A stretch of 64,000 bases of DNA, from assembly GCA_963772675.1 (NCBI GenBank), contig CAVYYF010000007.1:268049-332048 (forward strand), in the 5' to 3' direction. Position 1 is the stretch's first letter. The number at the start of each line of letters is the position of its first letter. The notes under the pieces are model-generated. The model was given only the letters and a program-made list of their open reading frames with translations, had not been told where the DNA came from and made no database searches. The translations under genes were made by a program, and so were the position numbers. Below are positions 57,278 to 64,000 of this stretch, piece by piece. This stretch comes from an uncultured Bacteroidota bacterium. GTDB taxonomy: Bacteria > Bacteroidota > Ignavibacteria > Ignavibacteriales > Ignavibacteriaceae.

Positions 57278-58795
57278 TTAATGTTTAAAGTGCCTTATTC
57301 CGGTAAAAACCATTGAGATATTATGTTTATCTGCAGCTTCAATTACTTCCGAATCTCTAACTGACCCACCTGGCTGGATCACTGCAGTAGCCCCATATTT
57401 AATTATTTCTTCTAAAGTGTCAGCAAATGGAAAAAATGCATCTGATGCAGCAACAGAATCTTTCAAATCGAGCCCGTGCTCATCAGCTTTCATTTTAGCA
57501 AGTTTGGCAGAATCAAGCCGCGACATTTGCCCTGCACCAATGCCAAGCGCAGTCTTATCTTTAGCAAACACTATTGCATTTGATTTTGTATGTTTTGCAA
57601 TTTTCCAGGCAAATAATAAATCCTCAAGTTCCTTTTCTGAGGGTTTATTTTTAGTTACAACTTTTAGCTCGTTCTCAATTATCGAGATATTATCAGGATC
57701 TTGTGCAATCACACCGCCGGGAATATTTCTAAATGTAGTCGAATTTATTCTTACAGATTTCAGTTGCTTTATCAGCCTTCTATCTCTTTTCTTTTTTAAT
57801 ATTTCAATTGCTTTGTCTGTATAAGAAGGCGCGCACACAATCTCAAGAAATATTTCGTTCAGTTTCGCTGCGGCTTCCTCATTAACCTCATTAGTAAATG
57901 TTACTATTCCGCCGAACGCTGAGACAGGGTCTCCTTTCAGAGCACTGCAATAAGCTTCGAGAACATTTTTACCTGTAGCCGCACCTGCAGGATTATTATG
58001 CTTAATTATCGCACAAGAAATTTCTCCTAGTTCTTCTACTAATTCTACTGCGGCTGTGAGATCCAGAATATTATTGTAAGATATTTCTTTGCCATGGAAA
58101 ACATCAAAATATTTATTAAAATCTCCGAATATGGTACCATTCTGGTGAGGATTTTCACCATATCTGAGTACTTTATTTTTTTTAAAATTTACTCTGATAT
58201 ACGATTGTGGCTGATCAAATTTTTGTTCAAGATAATTAGCAATGTAAGTGTCGTAAAAAGATGTGTATGAAAAAGCATCAAATGCAAGTTTTTTTCGCGT
58301 ATCTATACTGATCTGCCCTGAACTAAGCTCATCGATAAATGAGTCGTATTGATCGGGATTAGTTAGAATCGAAACAAACTTATAATTCTTAGCAGAAGCC
58401 CTAATGAGCGTAGGACCACCGATATCAATATTTTCAATAATCTTCTCTAAATCGGAGTTCGGATCTTCAACGGTTTTAACAAATGGATAAAGATTAACAC
58501 AAATTATATCAATTGGAATAATATCATTATCTGTGGCTTCTTTCTGATCTGCTTCATTATCCCTTCTGTAAAGTATGCCGCCTAATACTTTCGGATGAAG
58601 TGTTTTGACCCGCCCATCAAATATTTCCGGGAATGAGGTAAGGTTACTAATCTCAGTAACTTCAATTCCATCATCTTTAAGAAGTTTTGCCGTATTACCA
58701 GTAGCAAGAATGCTGTAATTATTTTGGACAAGCTGTTTTGCTAGACCTTTAATATTTGTTTTATCTGAAACGCTAATCAGTGCAATTTTTTTCAA
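57278..58795 (-). CDS. purH: Bifunctional AICAR transformylase / IMP cyclohydrolase PurH
   Basis: ALISVSDKT, GGRVKTLHP, VNLYPF, IDIGGPTLIRASAKN, GIGAGQMSR, IQPGGSVRD, FTGIRHFKH. Confidence 0.97.
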   Translation of the reverse strand: MKKIALISVSDKTNIKGLAKQLVQNNYSILATGNTAKLLKDDGIEVTEISNLTSFPEIFDGRVKTLHPKVLGGILYRRDNEADQKEATDNDIIPIDIICVNLYPFVKTVEDPNSDLEKIIENIDIGGPTLIRASAKNYKFVSILTNPDQYDSFIDELSSGQISIDTRKKLAFDAFSYTSFYDTYIANYLEQKFDQPQSYIRVNFKKNKVLRYGENPHQNGTIFGDFNKYFDVFHGKEISYNNILDLTAAVELVEELGEISCAIIKHNNPAGAATGKNVLEAYCSALKGDPVSAFGGIVTFTNEVNEEAAAKLNEIFLEIVCAPSYTDKAIEILKKKRDRRLIKQLKSVRINSTTFRNIPGGVIAQDPDNISIIENELKVVTKNKPSEKELEDLLFAWKIAKHTKSNAIVFAKDKTALGIGAGQMSRLDSAKLAKMKADEHGLDLKDSVAASDAFFPFADTLEEIIKYGATAVIQPGGSVRDSEVIEAADKHNISMVFTGIRHFKH

Positions 58796-58825
58796 GTCTT
58801 AATCCAAATTTTACTGTATTAGAAA

Positions 58826-59431
58826 CTATAATGAAATAATTTTTTGAGAGCTTTGTAAATCAATTTCGCCCAGAGCAATTTTTCTCAATACATAAGGCAA
58901 TAATTTATGTTCAACTTTAAGAACTTCATCCGCTAATTCATCAGGAGACTTAGCACCTGAAATATCAACTTTTTCCTGTGCTATTATTCTTCCTGAATCA
59001 TATTCTTTATTAACTATATGAACAGTTGCACCTGAATATTTATCACCAGAATTAAAAACTGCCCGATGAACATTCATTCCATACATACCGGTTCCACCAT
59101 ATGAGGGAAGTAATGCCGGATGAATATTAATAATCTTATTTTGAAAAACTATTAAAAATTCTGTTGGAATCAGTTTCAGAAATCCTGCAAGAACTATTAA
59201 TTCAATTTCTAATTTATTAAGTGAAGTTATGAGCTCATTGTAACTTACCTTGCCTGGCCTATTGCCTATAGTAAAGGTTGGAATAAAGTATTTTCCGGCA
59301 ATTTGAAAAGCTGCGCAATCTTTCTTATCACTTATAACCGCTTTAACGCTGATAACATCTTTAGAGTAATCGGACTCTAATATAGCCTGTAAATTTGAAC
59401 CTCTACCTGAAACGAATACAGCTATATTCAA
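58826..59431 (-). CDS. purN: Phosphoribosylglycinamide formyltransferase PurN
   Basis: IAVFVSGRGSNLQAI, IINIHPALLPSYGG, GATVHIV...YDSGRII. Confidence 0.9.
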   Translation of the reverse strand: MNIAVFVSGRGSNLQAILESDYSKDVISVKAVISDKKDCAAFQIAGKYFIPTFTIGNRPGKVSYNELITSLNKLEIELIVLAGFLKLIPTEFLIVFQNKIINIHPALLPSYGGTGMYGMNVHRAVFNSGDKYSGATVHIVNKEYDSGRIIAQEKVDISGAKSPDELADEVLKVEHKLLPYVLRKIALGEIDLQSSQKIISL

Positions 59432-59515
59432 AATAAAACTGTCCTTAAAAGTGGTTAAAATTAGCTAAATAGTAAAATATAGTCAATAAAATAAGCCTGT
59501 TTTTGTACTGTTTTT

Positions 59516-61024
59516 CTAATTTTTCCCCCGACTTTTCAATCCGAAAAGTAAATTCTTTAATTTATTTTGATAATCATAATCTTTATAATCTTCAGCTTCG
59601 CTGATATATGTTTTCACATCATCATCATTTCCCAACTTTTCCTTTGCACGTGCAATATAAAAGCAGGCAAAAGGTTTTATCCACTTCTCATTCTTTATTT
59701 CCAGAGATTTTGCTGCTAAAGCTGTATCTGCTGATTCACTATATTTGCCGAGCGAAAATAAAGCATCACTAATATTTAACAAGGCTTCGGCTTTTATATC
59801 ATCCGAGTTTGTACTATCACAAAGAGTGGAAAGACTATCGATAGCTGTTTTGTATCTCGCATTTTCCACATAATGTTTGAATTTTACAAGTTCCATTTCT
59901 TTCTTTGAAAATTCAGCATCTGTGAATAGCTCGCCTCTTCTCTTCGCATAAATGTCATCTTCAATATCTGCCCCCCCTCTGTTTGATAATTTGAAATAGG
60001 TATTTGCAACGTCTGGCTGAACCATAAATTCATAACAGATTGCAAGCCTATAATTTGCAATACCCTGATAATCATTACTGGATGTACTTAAAATAAATTT
60101 GTTATAGTAAAGTGTCGCCGATTCAAATTTATTTTCCTTGAAGAGTATATCGCCTATAAGGAAATTAGAATATGCAACAAGCTGTTGGAATTTATTAGTC
60201 TTGCTTTTAACTATTTTATTCAATATCCTTTCGGCCCTATCAAGTTTTCTATCTTTGATATAAATAACCGCAAGAGTATAATTGAATAATAAATTATCAG
60301 GATAACTGTAATACAGAGACCTCATATAGCCGGCGGCGGCCGAATAGTTCGCGAAAAAATCAGTGAGTATTTGTGAATAATAATATTTCGCTTCCACTTT
60401 GGAATAAGTCCCGTAAGTCATAGCATCTTTAATATAATTTAGTCCCTTTTCTTTGTCCCCTTTCATTCCTGCCATGCTTAAAGCCCATTGTAAAGCTTTC
60501 GGAATTTGTCTCAGGGCAAAATTGTAAAGACCAAGCCCCAGGTACGCGTCATGAAATTTCGGATTTAATTCTATTACTTTATTAAGAAAACTTTCCGATT
60601 TTTTTGTCGACCAGACGGCATCAAGAAATTTCCCTTGTTGAGTAAACGCCATTGCCCTGTAGGAATAATTAGCTCCAAGGATGTATAATGTTTCGATATC
60701 AACTGAATTGCTGTCCAATAAAGCTACTGCTTTATCGATAGCTTCGTCAGAATAGTCCATAAACTTCTGAAGATCGTCTTTATTTTTACTGCTAAAGTAA
60801 TACCAGAAATAAATACTTGATTTGTAGTAGTAGCCGCGTGGGTCATCAGGATATTTGTCGATCAATCTCTGAAATGTTAATTCGGCCTGTGTCCATCTGA
60901 AATTATATATATTATCAAGACCCCTGAGAATATTTTTATTAATGTTAGATTGTGCAAAAATATTGTTTGATGTAAATGACAGAAGAATGAACATGTAAAA
61001 AACAAAATAAAGATATCTTTTCAT
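59516..61024 (-). CDS. TPR-repeat protein with a signal peptide
   Basis: Start set at MKRYLYFVFYMFILLSFTSNNIFAQ (61024). The called start at 61099 overlaps the pyrG 3' end. Multiple TPR-like helical repeats. Confidence 0.65.
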   Translation of the reverse strand: MKRYLYFVFYMFILLSFTSNNIFAQSNINKNILRGLDNIYNFRWTQAELTFQRLIDKYPDDPRGYYYKSSIYFWYYFSSKNKDDLQKFMDYSDEAIDKAVALLDSNSVDIETLYILGANYSYRAMAFTQQGKFLDAVWSTKKSESFLNKVIELNPKFHDAYLGLGLYNFALRQIPKALQWALSMAGMKGDKEKGLNYIKDAMTYGTYSKVEAKYYYSQILTDFFANYSAAAGYMRSLYYSYPDNLLFNYTLAVIYIKDRKLDRAERILNKIVKSKTNKFQQLVAYSNFLIGDILFKENKFESATLYYNKFILSTSSNDYQGIANYRLAICYEFMVQPDVANTYFKLSNRGGADIEDDIYAKRRGELFTDAEFSKKEMELVKFKHYVENARYKTAIDSLSTLCDSTNSDDIKAEALLNISDALFSLGKYSESADTALAAKSLEIKNEKWIKPFACFYIARAKEKLGNDDDVKTYISEAEDYKDYDYQNKLKNLLFGLKSRGKN

Positions 61025-61049
61025 ATTATTATCTGTCTGCAGGAACTCA

Positions 61050-62721
<1,672 letters not shown>

Positions 62722-62885
62722 CTAATTTCAATTTGAAAGACTAATAATAATTTTTAATAAATAAATACTTTACTTGTTATACCGTGATATCCGATTAAAC
62801 TTTTCCCTCACCTTTTGCTATCATATCCTTAGATTCTATTCGCTAATCATCAATTTTATGGTTTAATTTTTCATAAATTTTCGAC

Positions 62886-62899
62886 AAACGGTACCGTTT
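62886..62899. repeat. Perfect 14-bp palindrome in the pyrG upstream / Sel1 upstream intergenic region
   Basis: aaacggtaccgttt. Confidence 0.7.
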
Positions 62900-63143
62900 A
62901 ATTTTTATTTGGAAGGGAAATAAATATATCTTTTAAAGTTAGTCGTTTTATGATTATAATTCAATGTTATCGAGAAACAAACTTTTAAAAAGGTTAAACT
63001 TTACATTTTTATTATGTGTCACATAAGCATATCCCGGATTTATTTTGACTTTTAATACCGGGATTTGTGTTTTATCTTTCAAACTAAATTTTATCCGTTT
63101 TATATATATTATTACTAAAATTGACTATCAGGATACTAACAAT

Positions 63144-64000
63144 TTGAAACCTCACTTCCGCTTCAATTTTGCTGTAATTTTTGTTCCTATATTTATTTTG
63201 ATGACTATTAAGACATCAGCGCAGGATACAACGTCGAGTCTGGCATTTAAAAGCAATAGACCCCGAAGGAATACTAATCAATTCTATCAACCCGACCTGG
63301 CATATCAAATCTGGCAGCAATTTAAGCTCATACAGGAGGCCAATGCAGGAGATCCATTTGCAATGCACGAATTGGGTTTAAGGTACCTGATGGGCCAGGG
63401 ATCGGTGGCAGACACTGTAAAAGCTGCTTACTGGATTGGAAAAGCAGCGCAAAAAAAATTGACAGCTGCTGAGTATAATTATGGAATATTATTAAATAAT
63501 GGGTGGGGAGTAAAGTGGAATCCTTTTAAGGCCTATGAATATTTCAAGTATGCTGCTGAGGCCGGAATGCCTCAGGCAGAATATATTTACGGAATATTAA
63601 ACACAAATGATTTTATAGTAAAAAAGAATTGGGATCTTGCATATACCTGGGTAAAAAAAGCTGCTGAAAATGGTAATGCCAATGCTAAAGATGTTGTTGA
63701 TGAATTAAAAAAACGTGTCTCACCCGATTATTTTGACACTACTAAAACAAGTCAATCTGAAAAAGATCCGGTAGTCTCCCGATCAGATGATGAATCCAGG
63801 ATAGCCTCAAATCTCGGGCTGGTATTTATTGACTTTTCCTCAAGCTCAGATTCTGTTCCCGTAATTACCGATAGGCAAATTTTGACCAGCATTTGGATAA
63901 ACGGAAGCGAAGCACTAATTGATACACTTGGGATAAAAGAAAAAAAAGACTCGTTATTAACAAATCTAAAAAATTCCGGTATTTCATACCTGGTTCAATC
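63144..64000 (+). CDS. Sel1-repeat (SLR/TPR-like) secreted protein, 3' end outside the window. Not in the supplied ORF track.
   Basis: The frame is open from 63027 to the window end. Signal-peptide-like (TTG)KPHFRFNFAVIFVPIFILMTIKTSAQ. Sel1 repeats: GDPFAMHELGLRYLMGQG, KAAYWIGKAAQKKLTAAEYNYGILLNNGWG, KAYEYFKYAAEAGMPQAEYIYG, AYTWVKKAAENGNANA. An alternative start is ATG 63201. Confidence 0.7.
   Translation, partial: MKPHFRFNFAVIFVPIFILMTIKTSAQDTTSSLAFKSNRPRRNTNQFYQPDLAYQIWQQFKLIQEANAGDPFAMHELGLRYLMGQGSVADTVKAAYWIGKAAQKKLTAAEYNYGILLNNGWGVKWNPFKAYEYFKYAAEAGMPQAEYIYGILNTNDFIVKKNWDLAYTWVKKAAENGNANAKDVVDELKKRVSPDYFDTTKTSQSEKDPVVSRSDDESRIASNLGLVFIDFSSSSDSVPVITDRQILTSIWINGSEALIDTLGIKEKKDSLLTNLKNSGISYLVQ

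Overview
This is an AT-rich bacterial chromosomal segment. It most resembles the FCB group (Ignavibacteriota or Bacteroidota-like), because two secreted proteins carry a T9SS-type C-terminal sorting tail (NYPNPFNP...). That assignment is an inference only.

**Core content, left to right**
- Two tandem paralogous beta-propeller-like lipoprotein genes and a TetR regulator.
- A minus-strand phnD-phnC-phnE-pstB-phoU block, then ruvB.
- A small low-conservation island holding a DDAH-type gene remnant, a DUF2971 gene and a secreted hypothetical protein.
- An esterase, a T9SS-tailed M1 aminopeptidase, and a GC-rich katG.
- A MerR/B12-binding (LitR/CarH-like) regulator, a TonB-dependent receptor, a fasciclin protein, an SDR/DUF2867 gene and an SRPBCC gene.
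- A very AT-rich accessory island (about 24.8-27.3 kb). It holds a SAM methyltransferase and a 357-aa protein with a C-terminal HEPN-like RNxxxH motif. Both genes are bracketed by a family of hairpin repeats with an attC-like layout.
- A nine-heme cytochrome c with a T9SS tail. It sits next to an orphan receiver gene, a histidine kinase whose periplasmic domain has a CxxCH motif, and a sigma-54 NtrC-type activator.
- A proline/hydroxyproline-peptide catabolic cluster: Xaa-Pro aminopeptidase, PRODH, a DHDPS/HOGA-like aldolase, an AGXT-like aminotransferase and an S37-like peptidase.
- A PAS-rich histidine kinase with a CheY-like regulator, then pepD, typA, clpS, etfBA and a BFN/UVR nuclease.
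- A long minus-strand housekeeping run: pyrG, TPR, purN, purH, mreBCD, mrdA, rodA, dcd, pyrF, DUF2851.
- A 3'-open Sel1-repeat gene at the right edge.

**Not found**
I found no rRNA, tRNA, CRISPR array, transposase or integrase.

**Quality caveat**
At least 11 apparent single-base frameshifts split otherwise conserved genes, including pyrG and mrdA. Most fall in short A/T runs. Sequencing or assembly error is as likely as real pseudogenisation.

**Best candidates for something new**
1. The heme-sensing two-component system with the sigma-54 activator, orphan receiver and T9SS-exported multiheme cytochrome.
2. The cassette-like island with attC-like hairpins and the HEPN-like protein.
3. The eukaryote-style hydroxyproline catabolic gene set.
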